Below, in pieces: positions 1 to 9,923 of a DNA stretch of 64,000 bases. Position numbers and translations under genes: made by a program. Within the stretch, counting starts at the first letter, position 1. Every line of letters begins with the position of its first letter. The stretch comes from Minisyncoccota bacterium (GTDB taxonomy: Bacteria; Patescibacteriota; Minisyncoccia; Moranbacterales; UBA1568). The stretch spans positions 329,171 through 393,170 of the forward strand of contig JBPPMJ010000003.1 of the NCBI GenBank assembly GCA_051306005.1, written 5' to 3'. The notes beneath the pieces are model-generated. The model had not been told where the DNA came from and searched no databases. It saw nothing but the letters and a program-made list of their open reading frames with translations.

Positions 1-467
1 CATTCTTGTCGAGTATATTCCCGCATCATACCCGTGTGGCAATTTAGCACCCTCACTGACATGATATATTGACCGATTTCTGTGCCAAATGCTCCTGCGT
101 TTCCGCGTATCGCACCGCCAAATGAACCAGGAATGCCTGCGAGACGTTCTATCCCAGTCAAATTGTGCTCTAGAGCGGTTTGCACGACATTTGTCAAAGA
201 AGACCCCGCCCCACAAAGCATACGATTTTCTGATACACTGATAGCATCATCCAGCCACTGCACGATCAATCCTAGAAATCCCTTGTCTGAAAACAAGATA
301 TTGCTTCCGCCACCCAAAACATAAATCGGAATATTTTTCATTTCCGCATATTCAAACGCTTCTGACAATACTGATGGATCTTTGGTTGTCAGAAAATATC
401 GTGCCATTCCTCCGATATGAAATGTTGTTAATGGTGCTAAATCTATATTCTCTTGAAGCCTGAGCAT
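1..467 (-). CDS. murB: UDP-N-acetylenolpyruvoylglucosamine reductase, 5' part (runs off the window)
   Basis: Manual translation from ATG at 467 gives MLRLQENIDLAPLTTFHIGGMARYF...YVLGGGSNILFSDKGF...GIPGSFGGAIRGNAGAFG, typical MurB FAD-domain motifs; directly downstream of murC. Confidence 0.93.
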   Translation of the reverse strand, partial: MLRLQENIDLAPLTTFHIGGMARYFLTTKDPSVLSEAFEYAEMKNIPIYVLGGGSNILFSDKGFLGLIVQWLDDAISVSENRMLCGAGSSLTNVVQTALEHNLTGIERLAGIPGSFGGAIRGNAGAFGTEIGQYIMSVRVLNCHTGMMREYTRQE

Positions 468-480
468 ACTTTTGTGATTA

Positions 481-1890
481 TTATTTTTTTGCTAAACGAT
501 GAGAAATCTCCCAAACATTTCCCGCACCCAGTGTGACGATGACGTCTTGATGTCCCATAGTTTTTTCCAAATCTGCGATACATTCTTCTATCGTTGATAT
601 ATACTCTGCCTTACCAGGGACAAAACGATTGATGAGATCAACTAATTCTTGTGATGAGACACCTCCCTGTTCTTCACGCGCACTCCCATAAATATCCAGA
701 ACCTTCACTTCATCTGCTGCATCAAAACTTTGAGAAAACTCGCTCAATAAAGCCTTCGTACGCGTAAACGTATGAGGATGGAACACCGCGCGTATCCGGC
801 GATCAGGATATAAGTCACGAAAAGTGCGTAAGGTAATCCGTATTTCTTCTGGATGATGAGCATAATCATCATAAATATGTGCTCCATAGCGTTCTCCCAA
901 ATATTCGAAACGTCGTTCTGTTCCAGTAAAACGCTGAAAAGCTTTATAAATACCTTCTTGGTCTTGTTTCAAAAAAAGTGCTAGTGCCAAAACCGCTGTA
1001 GCGTTTTGCGCGTTATGCAATCCTGCTAATTGCAATTGAAAAACACCCAGACTTTTTTCATCATTGAAAACCGAAAATGTTTGTCGGTATTTATCTGGCG
1101 TTTCAAGGAATGATGGAGGCACTGGCGTATAATCACGAATATGAAATTGTGCACCAGGTACCGATCCATAAGAAATTTTGTGGCACACGGCGGACTCTGC
1201 TACACGTACAACACTGGCCGAATCACTACAATACACCAACACGCCATGACGCGGAATACGAGCAACAAATGATTGAAATACCCGTTCATAGCTTTCTTGG
1301 TCTGGAAAAAAATCCGGATGATCCCAATCAACGCTGGTCAAAATAACAGAAAATGGCGTATAATTGGCTAATTTATTTTGATATTCATCAGCTTCAAGTA
1401 CTAAATATTCTCCACTGCCGACCAGCGCATTTCCCTGCCAATCATGGATATGGCTTCCAATAATGGCAGATGGATCGGCCCCGACAGCGCGCAAAGTTTC
1501 TGCTAACAAAGCACTGGTTGTAGTTTTGCCGTGACTGCCACAAACTGCCAGAGTCAATTTTTCTCGAGAAAGCATACCCAGTGCCTCTGGATAACTCCAC
1601 ACAGGGATCCCACGCATATAAGCTTCTGCAAGTTCCACGTTCTTTTCACGACTATATGCCGTTGAATAGACCACTGCTTCGACGTCAGTGGGGATATTTG
1701 CACTAGAAAAATGTTCAGTATAGGCAATATCAAGCCGATGTAAAATATTATCAGTAAAAAAATGTTCCGCCACATCAGACCCCGTAATATGAATACCACG
1801 CGCCATCAAGAGTTCGGCAAGTGCTGTCATGCCAGCACCCTTGATACCTATCATGTGTACACTTTTTATGTCTCGCAATGATATGTCCAT
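481..1890 (-). CDS. murC: UDP-N-acetylmuramate--L-alanine ligase
   Basis: IGIKGAGM, GSHGKTTT P-loop, EADEY, DHPD and DDYAHHP motifs. Confidence 0.96.
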   Translation of the reverse strand: MDISLRDIKSVHMIGIKGAGMTALAELLMARGIHITGSDVAEHFFTDNILHRLDIAYTEHFSSANIPTDVEAVVYSTAYSREKNVELAEAYMRGIPVWSYPEALGMLSREKLTLAVCGSHGKTTTSALLAETLRAVGADPSAIIGSHIHDWQGNALVGSGEYLVLEADEYQNKLANYTPFSVILTSVDWDHPDFFPDQESYERVFQSFVARIPRHGVLVYCSDSASVVRVAESAVCHKISYGSVPGAQFHIRDYTPVPPSFLETPDKYRQTFSVFNDEKSLGVFQLQLAGLHNAQNATAVLALALFLKQDQEGIYKAFQRFTGTERRFEYLGERYGAHIYDDYAHHPEEIRITLRTFRDLYPDRRIRAVFHPHTFTRTKALLSEFSQSFDAADEVKVLDIYGSAREEQGGVSSQELVDLINRFVPGKAEYISTIEECIADLEKTMGHQDVIVTLGAGNVWEISHRLAKK

Positions 1891-1914
1891 ACTATAAAGA
1901 GTTTTGGATGTAAT

Positions 1915-3078
1915 TTATCGATACAGCGGATTGATATGAAGCACGAGAGCAATAATACCATCTGCGATTACATCGGATGCATCTGGGTGATAAAATGCGC
2001 GCAACTTTTCAGCCATTGTCGCAGACAGTACTGGATTATTCATCAATTCTTCTATTTTTTGTAACAAAATATGCTCTCCTAAGTTTGCTTCTTCCAAAAC
2101 CAGTGTGGCTCCAAGCTCAGCGACATCGTAGGCATTCATACGTTGTTCATGATTAGCTGCGCTCTCTAAAGGTACGAGAATCGTCGTCTTGCCAGTGGCT
2201 GCCAATTCTGCAATGGATCCAGCACCAGCTCGTGAAATCACTAATGTTGCCAATGCCAACGCATCTGCCATCGCTTCAACATCCAAAAAAGCAACCGGAA
2301 CATAGCCACTCTCACCAATTTTCAAACCATATGCTTCCACAGAAGAGATAATATCCGCATAATGTGCATCTCCAGTCTGATGTAAAACCTGAATGTTTTT
2401 TTCTAACAAACTTGGCAAAATGCCCAACAAAGCCTTATTTAATATTTGTGCTCCCTGACTCCCTCCAAGCACCACAATTGTTGACTTGTTCGTCACTAGA
2501 CCAAAACGAGACAAGCCACGCGCACTGTTGCCAGATAAAATCTCAGCCCGTACAGGATTACCAGTCAAAGCAGTTTTGTTAGGCGAAAAATACGCATGGG
2601 CACTCGGATAAGCAATAGCAACCCGCGATACAAAGTGTCCGAGGAAACGATTGGCACGCCCTGCAACAGCATCAGAATCATGAATCATAACCGGAATACG
2701 ATACATCCAAGCAGCCAGTACTACTGGTACCGAGGCCGATCCCCCTTTGGAAAAAACAGCATCTGGCATAAAGACTAACAAATACCACAACGCTTGCAAG
2801 AAACCAATGGGCATTCTGAAGAGATCCACGACATTTTGTAGAGCAAAATATCTTCGCCATTTCCCTGTCACGATGTACTTCATAGGAATCTCAGCCGTAT
2901 GCATTGCCGTTTCTTCGAAACGTCCGCGCGAGCCAATAAACAGAAGCTCCAAGTGTCCCGAGGAAGACGTACCTTCTGCAGACATTTTTTTGCGTAAGGA
3001 TTGAGCAACGGCAATTAAAGGGAAGGTATGTCCTCCGGAAACACCACCCGTCAATACGACACGAGGAATATCAGACAT
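1915..3078 (-). CDS. murG: Undecaprenyl-PP-MurNAc-pentapeptide GlcNAc transferase
   Basis: GGVSGGH, KGGSAS, TGNPVR, GGSQGA, SRAGA and HEQRMNA motifs. Confidence 0.96.
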   Translation of the reverse strand: MSDIPRVVLTGGVSGGHTFPLIAVAQSLRKKMSAEGTSSSGHLELLFIGSRGRFEETAMHTAEIPMKYIVTGKWRRYFALQNVVDLFRMPIGFLQALWYLLVFMPDAVFSKGGSASVPVVLAAWMYRIPVMIHDSDAVAGRANRFLGHFVSRVAIAYPSAHAYFSPNKTALTGNPVRAEILSGNSARGLSRFGLVTNKSTIVVLGGSQGAQILNKALLGILPSLLEKNIQVLHQTGDAHYADIISSVEAYGLKIGESGYVPVAFLDVEAMADALALATLVISRAGAGSIAELAATGKTTILVPLESAANHEQRMNAYDVAELGATLVLEEANLGEHILLQKIEELMNNPVLSATMAEKLRAFYHPDASDVIADGIIALVLHINPLYR

Positions 3079-3089
3079 AAAGAAATAGG

Positions 3090-4187
3090 CTAATGATTTT
3101 TCTTTAGTGTAGAATGCTTACTTATATTAAGCAAGATACCTATAGAAGCTAAAAGTACCGCCAGTGATGTACCGCCATAACTGATGAATGGCAATGGGAT
3201 GCCAGTCAATGGAATAAGTCCGCTGATAGCAGACATATTGATAAGTGCCTGAAAAATAATCCAAGACAAGATACCAATCGCTGTCAGTCTACCAAACTCA
3301 TCTGGTGCTCGGGATGCAATAATAGAGCTTCGCCAAGCAATAAAAAGAAAAAGAAATAATACTGATAACGTCCCCAATAATCCAAACTCTTCACCGAGAA
3401 CAGCGAAAATGGAATCGGTGACAGGCTCCGGCAAGTAATTAAATTTCTGACGACTCTGTCCCAATCCAGATCCCCACATGCCTCCAACGCCGATTGCTAT
3501 TAAAGCTTGTGTTATGTGGTATCCAGCACCTTGTGGATCATGATCTGGATTAATAAATACCAGAAAACGTTGCATTCGATAAGGAGCAATACGAATAAGT
3601 ATACCCAAAGAAATTAGTCCACCAAAAAATAAAACGGAAAGATGTTTCAAGCTTGCTCCTGAAGTAAAAAAAATAGAGACTGAAATAAGAAAAATAAGAA
3701 CAAGCGTACCCGTATCCGGTTGATTAATAATCAAAAAACTCACTACGGATAAAATTATAAAAAATGGCACGAACCCTTCGAATAAATCAGCTGTGTTTAC
3801 CCGTCCCTTTTTGGCGAGCCACGCCGAAAGATACAAAATAATCGCTAGCTTCATTACCTCTGATGGTTGAAAGGCAATCGGTCCAAGCGCTACCCAACGT
3901 GTTGCTCCATAAACGGTCATCCCAACACCTGGAACAAAAACTAAAACCAACAGACTTAACGCAATAAAGAACAAAGGGGCTGAAAGATGTTTCCAAATCC
4001 GATAGTCTATCTTTTGAAAAATATACAATAATAACAATCCAATACCGAGACCGAATGATTGTTGTTTCAAAAAATAATACGGATCATCAAAACGCGATTG
4101 TCCATAAAACACTCCTGCGCTTGCAAGCATTAATAATCCAATGCCAAGCAGGATCAAAACAGCAATAAATAACTTTCTGTCAATCAT
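3090..4187 (-). CDS. ftsW: SEDS-family peptidoglycan polymerase FtsW
   Basis: GATRW, FQPSE, QPDTGT, PEPVTDSIF and LPFISYGGTS motifs; adjacent to murG. Start could also be 4238. Confidence 0.9.
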   Translation of the reverse strand: MIDRKLFIAVLILLGIGLLMLASAGVFYGQSRFDDPYYFLKQQSFGLGIGLLLLYIFQKIDYRIWKHLSAPLFFIALSLLVLVFVPGVGMTVYGATRWVALGPIAFQPSEVMKLAIILYLSAWLAKKGRVNTADLFEGFVPFFIILSVVSFLIINQPDTGTLVLIFLISVSIFFTSGASLKHLSVLFFGGLISLGILIRIAPYRMQRFLVFINPDHDPQGAGYHITQALIAIGVGGMWGSGLGQSRQKFNYLPEPVTDSIFAVLGEEFGLLGTLSVLFLFLFIAWRSSIIASRAPDEFGRLTAIGILSWIIFQALINMSAISGLIPLTGIPLPFISYGGTSLAVLLASIGILLNISKHSTLKKNH

Positions 4188-4200
4188 GTTTGTTTCTTTA

Positions 4201-4929
4201 TCATGAGTGGTTATTTTTTGTAAGAGAATGAGAAACATTGTTTTTTATACGTGAGTGTTCCCTTCTCCACTTGGCTATTTCCGCATGATGGCCAGACAAT
4301 AATACTTCAGGAACACGCATCTCACGAAATATTTCCGGCTTGGTGTATTGCGGATGTTCGAGAACACCAATTTCCGTATGCGATTCATGTTCCGCACTGG
4401 CGCTGTTACCCAAGACGCCCGAAAGAAGGCGTGTCACTGTGTCTACCAATACCATCGCTGGTAATTCACCCCCAGTCAAAACATAGTCTCCGATAGATAA
4501 CTCCTCATCGATGAAATGCGTCACGCGTTCATCTACACCTTCATATCTTCCGCATATCAAAATTAATCTGTCATACTTTGCCAAACGGCGTATGTCTGTC
4601 TGCGTGATAGTTTTCCCCTTAGCAGAGAACAATATTGTCCTCATAGTCCGTTTGCTACTCGTTTTCAATAGTACTGTATGATCGATGACCAATGGTTGAA
4701 TATTTTTTACGAATTCCACTGCTTCTACCAATGGCTCAATTTTTAATACCATACCCGCCCCTCCACCATACGGCGTATCATCAACAGTCTTATGTCGATC
4801 ATGTGCAAAATCACGTAAATGATGTGTCTCTATTAGAACCAATTGTTTCTCTTGTGCCCGCTTCAAAATGGACGTTTCAAAATAGGAGGTAAAACTTTCT
4901 GGAAAAAGAGAGATAATATCAAAACGCAT
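4201..4929 (-). CDS. trmD: tRNA (guanine-N1)-methyltransferase
   Basis: VDDTPYGGGAGM, CGRYEGVDER and SIGDYVLTGGE motifs. Confidence 0.97.
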   Translation of the reverse strand: MRFDIISLFPESFTSYFETSILKRAQEKQLVLIETHHLRDFAHDRHKTVDDTPYGGGAGMVLKIEPLVEAVEFVKNIQPLVIDHTVLLKTSSKRTMRTILFSAKGKTITQTDIRRLAKYDRLILICGRYEGVDERVTHFIDEELSIGDYVLTGGELPAMVLVDTVTRLLSGVLGNSASAEHESHTEIGVLEHPQYTKPEIFREMRVPEVLLSGHHAEIAKWRREHSRIKNNVSHSLTKNNHS

Positions 4930-5059
4930 ACATCATTTTTGATTGAATTTCTTTGCTATCATTGTATCATACCTTTGCACAGTTAAAATAACTCACTGAA
5001 ACATGAAAAAAACCTATAAATAGGGTAATTTTTTCATTAGTACACATGCAAGTTCGTCG

Positions 5060-6442
5060 TTAGCGTGCTTCTTCCATCACATCACTCAAAATCATATCTC
5101 GATGTAAAATGAAACTTTTTTCTCTCCGTTCACCGTTTTTCTGGATAAGAGTGACTGTTACTGGAACATCGTCTAGCCCAGCTTGTTTTTGTATTTTCAA
5201 ATCATACCATTCACGCTCAAGTGTTTCTGGTAAATCGTATTCAAATGTCACTGTTTTTTCCGTTCCCAAAGGCACGTGTACCAAGACACCAAAATATTTT
5301 TTTTGTTCAAAAGTCCCGAAAACCGGTTCTTTAGCGCCTCCGATCACTTGTTTTAAATAACTGCCTGCAGGTACATAAATTCGTGTAAATGTCTGGTAGT
5401 CTTTGGTAAACCAATCGCGTTTTTCTGCTGTATGTTTATATGTCACCGCCAGCTTCGCTTTTGGTTTTTGTTGAGACAAATCTATCATGTACGCGTATGA
5501 ACGTTTCACAAAATAATCGCTCTTGAAGGAATTGAGATTGGCATCGACAACAAACAAAAAATCATCTTGCCAGTGCTTATCAAAAGCCCCATCCCATTTT
5601 GCTAATACTACTTGTTCTTGTAGATATGGATCTCGGAAAAATAACTGAATGTCTTTCTGGTGCAAATCATCCAAGACAACTTGATACAACTCATATTTTT
5701 TGGACCAAGGCAACGCCTCAACACGCATTACGATCTCTCGTCCCAACACGCCCATCATAGATTTTCGCTCACCTGCTTCGACGCCCTGGGTTAAATACCC
5801 CTGTTCTACTTGATATTCCAAATCCAAAATCGCATTGTCTGGTCCGTACGTGCCAGGATAACCATCAAGTGTTACCGGCCCGGTCACTTTGAGGAATGAC
5901 GTCAAAACATTCGTTGTGATAGCTATCACTCCATCAAAAGATTCACTGCCCTGGCCCATACGATAAAATTCTTCTGCCCATTTCACGTTTTCTGAAAAAT
6001 CTGGCGAATAGTTTGAATCACGCAATTTCCATGAATCAATCTTCAGTGTTTCACGCATCGGATAAGGAGGTTCCACCGTAGATGGGATACGTCCATCAAA
6101 ATTTCCCGTATCGTGGATCATAAAATCCACCATCTTTCCATCACGCACTTTCAAAATACCAAATGAGCCGATAAAACCTCCACCCGGACGGAGTTCCATA
6201 TTATTTTGCAACAACACCAAGAACACTTTTTCTTGACCATTCGTGTCCAACAAAGCGTTTGCTAATATCATTACAACGCCTAAGTCAGTCTTGGCTTCTT
6301 CTTGCATTGGTACCAACCCCAATAGGCGCTGCATACTTGCCAAACCCTGATTTTTAATTTCCCAAAAAAGAAACCAGCCACTCAAAAAAACGACAGAAAA
6401 AATTACAAAAATAACCCAAAATTTATTCGAATACTGTTTCAT
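5060..6442 (-). CDS. DUF4012-family membrane-anchored protein
   Basis: N-terminal TM; LLQNNMELRPGGGFIGS and RDSNYSPDF motifs typical of DUF4012. Confidence 0.8.
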   Translation of the reverse strand: MKQYSNKFWVIFVIFSVVFLSGWFLFWEIKNQGLASMQRLLGLVPMQEEAKTDLGVVMILANALLDTNGQEKVFLVLLQNNMELRPGGGFIGSFGILKVRDGKMVDFMIHDTGNFDGRIPSTVEPPYPMRETLKIDSWKLRDSNYSPDFSENVKWAEEFYRMGQGSESFDGVIAITTNVLTSFLKVTGPVTLDGYPGTYGPDNAILDLEYQVEQGYLTQGVEAGERKSMMGVLGREIVMRVEALPWSKKYELYQVVLDDLHQKDIQLFFRDPYLQEQVVLAKWDGAFDKHWQDDFLFVVDANLNSFKSDYFVKRSYAYMIDLSQQKPKAKLAVTYKHTAEKRDWFTKDYQTFTRIYVPAGSYLKQVIGGAKEPVFGTFEQKKYFGVLVHVPLGTEKTVTFEYDLPETLEREWYDLKIQKQAGLDDVPVTVTLIQKNGERREKSFILHRDMILSDVMEEAR

Positions 6443-6497
6443 AGATTCTCAATGTTTACAAGATAAGGAAGTCTCGATACTCTCAAACATACACTAC

Positions 6498-7610
6498 TTA
6501 TTCACCATCAGAAAGCAAAGCATTGAGACGATGTTTATATTCTGCAACCGTCGGCTCTTCCGTTTTTGATGTCATGGAGACAGACGCATCTTCTTTTGTA
6601 CTCACAACCTTGGAAGCGATGGCATGCTCTCCGCGAGTAGGAAAACCCAACGACTCCCCTTGTGTATGAGAAAAGAGAGCATCTTCAGCGGAAATCGTTG
6701 ATTCACTTCTTGGCATTATTGGTTCCGCGTTCACTGCTGTCTCCGGAACACTCACTGTTTCAAAATCAGAGATTGGTAAATTGGCAGGAGCAGGTGCCAA
6801 TGTCATTTTTTTCTCTTCTTTTTTTGTCTGAATGGAAAGAATGTCCGGTCTATCTATACCTTCAAATGAGAGCATAGTCGGTTTTTGAGGAATGAATTTA
6901 ATAGGATCAATCCACGGAACAGCCTCACCAATATGTGACAGCGCAGATTCTTCTTTGACTGAACGTTTTTTTATACGTTGGCGACAGTACTTGGTAGTAA
7001 TAGATATTCGCGGTACCAAAAACAAAAATCCAAAAAATACACTGGTAATGACACCACCAGAGAGAATGCTCAATAAAATAAAACCGGGTACACTCGTGAT
7101 AGTATATTTGACCAGCGGACCATCAATAATCCGCATATCGATATTTGTTTTGACGTCATAATAAAATCCAAGTGTCGTAAACAAGGTATGAGCTATCTGT
7201 GTAGCCAAATATTTCGCTTGTTCCGGCGTCTCACAAGAAACCCGAATAATCAATACGCCATTTTTCTCAGACTTTTCAACCGTGACAATATCATTCCAAC
7301 GAGCTTTACGAATATCGGGATTCATCCCCACAAACATATCATTAATATCCTCATTATCCTGCAAAAGACGCTCATAGAAAGAAAGGGTATGTATCAACTC
7401 TGAAGCATTGTCAGTAATTTCCGGAGCAGTATTCTCCGCACCAATACGAGTCGTAATCAGAACAGAAACTTCAGCCTCATAACTGCGAAAGAAATCTAGC
7501 CACACAAGACCGGCAGATACTGTCACAAAGACAAAAGTAATCAAAAACGCCGAAAGAGATGATGTTCTTGGTTTCGGTATTCCCGAGTTATTTTTTTCTC
7601 TGTATGGCAT
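6498..7610 (-). CDS. Wzz/CpsC-like polysaccharide chain-length protein with a low-complexity C-terminal tail
   Basis: Two TM segments flanking an extracytoplasmic domain (YEAEVSVLI...IIDGP); ATG 7610 overlaps the upstream glycosyltransferase end. Confidence 0.55.
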   Translation of the reverse strand: MPYREKNNSGIPKPRTSSLSAFLITFVFVTVSAGLVWLDFFRSYEAEVSVLITTRIGAENTAPEITDNASELIHTLSFYERLLQDNEDINDMFVGMNPDIRKARWNDIVTVEKSEKNGVLIIRVSCETPEQAKYLATQIAHTLFTTLGFYYDVKTNIDMRIIDGPLVKYTITSVPGFILLSILSGGVITSVFFGFLFLVPRISITTKYCRQRIKKRSVKEESALSHIGEAVPWIDPIKFIPQKPTMLSFEGIDRPDILSIQTKKEEKKMTLAPAPANLPISDFETVSVPETAVNAEPIMPRSESTISAEDALFSHTQGESLGFPTRGEHAIASKVVSTKEDASVSMTSKTEEPTVAEYKHRLNALLSDGE

Positions 7611-8757
7611 AACGTTCTTTGATAAGACTATATTGAGAAATGGTTTCCGTATAAACTTCAAGCGTACGTTCAGCAATCGCATCCCAACTATAATGTGTCT
7701 GTATTCGTGCTTCTGCAGATTGTCCCAATACATTTACTTCGTCTGGACGATTCACAAAATACGCCAATTGTTTCTTTAAGGCCTCTATATTTTTACTTGG
7801 AAAAAAAGCACCTGTATTATTGACTGCTTCACGATTGGCTGAAATATCACTAACGAGAGGCATAAGACCATGCCCCATAGCTTCCAACAGTGCCAATGAC
7901 AATCCCTCATCTTCAGACGGCTGAACGAAGAGGTACGCATGTGAAAACAATGCTTCCAAATTCTTACCAGTTTGTTCGCCAGTAAAAATGATATTCTGTC
8001 GACCACGTGCCAATAAATGCAAAAAATCCATATATTCGTCACTGTGTGCAGAAGATCCAACAATGACCAACTTAAAGTTATTCGGTAATTGGTTCGTGTC
8101 TTCCAACTCATTAAATGCTTTCATTAAATAGTGGATCCCTTTGTGCCCCACCAACCGACTGACAGACAGAATATAACGCTTTGGACGTATATCCCATTGA
8201 TTCAGTACGGTGGTATCCGATTCAAAGGCAACGTCTGCGCCGTTAGGTATACAGACAAAAGTTTTACGATATTGTTTTTCGGCATATTGTTTCAATGTTT
8301 CACTAATAACAATAGTCTTGTTTGGCACCAAACATGTAATCTTTTCAGCACTGCGCAAACAAAAACGTGCGAAAACATTCCATTTTTGGTGCAAATAATC
8401 TTGGCTATGGAACGTAGCTATAACCCGCACGTCTGGACGAAATATTCGAAAAAATATTGAAAAAATGCTTGGGCCAATAGAGTGATAGTGCACCACGTCA
8501 TACTTTTGAAACAATGCATGAATCGTTGCAAACAACGTATATGTTACCGTATCCAAATGTTTGGTTGAGAGACTGGGCGTGTGTATCAACGTCACGTTTT
8601 GATATGTTTTCAAAGCAGGACTAGTATAATGCGCACGCACATATACTGACACATCATTATCGGATTTCGCCAAACGCGTCGCCAGCTTTTCTACATGCTT
8701 TTCCACGCCTCCAGAAAGTGCAGGAATGCCTTTTTGTCCGATAAAAGCTATTTTCAT
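7588..8757 (-). CDS. GT4-family glycosyltransferase
   Basis: MKIAFIGQKGIPALSGGVE, SRLVGHKG and EGLSLALLEAM motifs. Confidence 0.92.
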   Translation of the reverse strand: MKIAFIGQKGIPALSGGVEKHVEKLATRLAKSDNDVSVYVRAHYTSPALKTYQNVTLIHTPSLSTKHLDTVTYTLFATIHALFQKYDVVHYHSIGPSIFSIFFRIFRPDVRVIATFHSQDYLHQKWNVFARFCLRSAEKITCLVPNKTIVISETLKQYAEKQYRKTFVCIPNGADVAFESDTTVLNQWDIRPKRYILSVSRLVGHKGIHYLMKAFNELEDTNQLPNNFKLVIVGSSAHSDEYMDFLHLLARGRQNIIFTGEQTGKNLEALFSHAYLFVQPSEDEGLSLALLEAMGHGLMPLVSDISANREAVNNTGAFFPSKNIEALKKQLAYFVNRPDEVNVLGQSAEARIQTHYSWDAIAERTLEVYTETISQYSLIKERYAIQRKK

Positions 8758-8808
8758 AATAATATTCAAACAGAGTGATGCCCGTCTTTTTTCAAACGAA
8801 AGTTTCCT

Positions 8809-9780
8809 TTAAAAACCACGCATAATCAGAGAAACGGTACCAATAATATTTCCTTCAATACGGTTGCTATTTACCCCTGATTCATTGTAAAACAAGTGAT
8901 CAAAAGTATTGAAACCAGCAGTGGCACGTGCAATTCTTGCAATGCCATAACGCCCATTATTCACAAATGATGCTTTTTTAAAGCCAATATTACCAGGTGT
9001 TCCGTAAGCGTTCACTTCAACACCTTCACGCTTATTGTTACGAAAACTGTTGCTCTTAGTCCAGATATCTGATCCATCCATGACAAATTTGGCACCACTG
9101 CCTCCATTCTCATTAAAACGATTATTTTCAATCCAGGCCTTCGTACCACCAGCTAAATCAATACCATCTCCAGCATTGGTAACAATATCGCTGTTGATGA
9201 GAACGATAAAACGTTTCTCAGCAAAAATACCTGCCTGACCGCTTCCCGAAATACGTACATCATCAATCAAAGCGCGATCTTTCTTCTCACGTGAACCTGA
9301 TTCAATATGAATACCATCTCGTTTACTTTTTTTAATATGCACATCAAAAATATGTACCTTAGAATCTTCCAAGACGCGAATACCATGTCGACCGCCTTTG
9401 ACGGTCACATGACTCAACTCAGTGCCATTTTTCATGGTAACACTCGGTTTATCATTATCATCGGATTCGATCGTGACTTTATCAGCATCTTCACTATCTC
9501 CAGTCACTTTAATATCTTTGGAAATCGTAATATTTTCTTTATATGTACCTTTTCGAACACGCACTTCAGTACCATCATCAGCATGCTTCAGGGCTTTTTC
9601 GATACTATGATACGGATGGGCCTTCGTTCCCTGTTCGTCACCATTGGCATCATTATCAACATAGAGTACGTCAGAGCCACCAAATACCAAAATCGGTGAT
9701 ACAAGCAATATCCCAAAAATAAAACTTGCGAACACCTGCTTAGAGAGCCAAAAATTTTTACCAAACATATATGCATGCAA
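8809..9780 (-). CDS. Secreted right-handed parallel beta-helix protein (DUF1565/pectin lyase-like)
   Basis: Signal/TM segment; YVDND..GTKAHPYHSIEKAL and VRKGTYKE motifs; repeated N..G..GI beta-helix units. Confidence 0.8.
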   Translation of the reverse strand: MHAYMFGKNFWLSKQVFASFIFGILLVSPILVFGGSDVLYVDNDANGDEQGTKAHPYHSIEKALKHADDGTEVRVRKGTYKENITISKDIKVTGDSEDADKVTIESDDNDKPSVTMKNGTELSHVTVKGGRHGIRVLEDSKVHIFDVHIKKSKRDGIHIESGSREKKDRALIDDVRISGSGQAGIFAEKRFIVLINSDIVTNAGDGIDLAGGTKAWIENNRFNENGGSGAKFVMDGSDIWTKSNSFRNNKREGVEVNAYGTPGNIGFKKASFVNNGRYGIARIARATAGFNTFDHLFYNESGVNSNRIEGNIIGTVSLIMRGF

Positions 9781-9798
9781 TAAAATATTTAACTAAGC

Positions 9799-9827
9799 AT
9801 CATAGCAAATTTTTCATTTTTTGTCAA
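9799..9827 (-). promoter_or_regulatory. sigma70-type promoter (TTGACA-17-TATGAT, extended TG)
   Basis: Minus strand reads ttgaca-aaaaatgaaaaatttgc-tatgat upstream of the beta-helix gene. Confidence 0.6.
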
Positions 9828-9923
9828 TGCCACACTTTTCCAGTACAATAAAAAGCATATGTACCGCTAACAATGACGTTGTATACTGTTGCGTCATTCT
9901 TCATTATTAATACTCTGCATCTT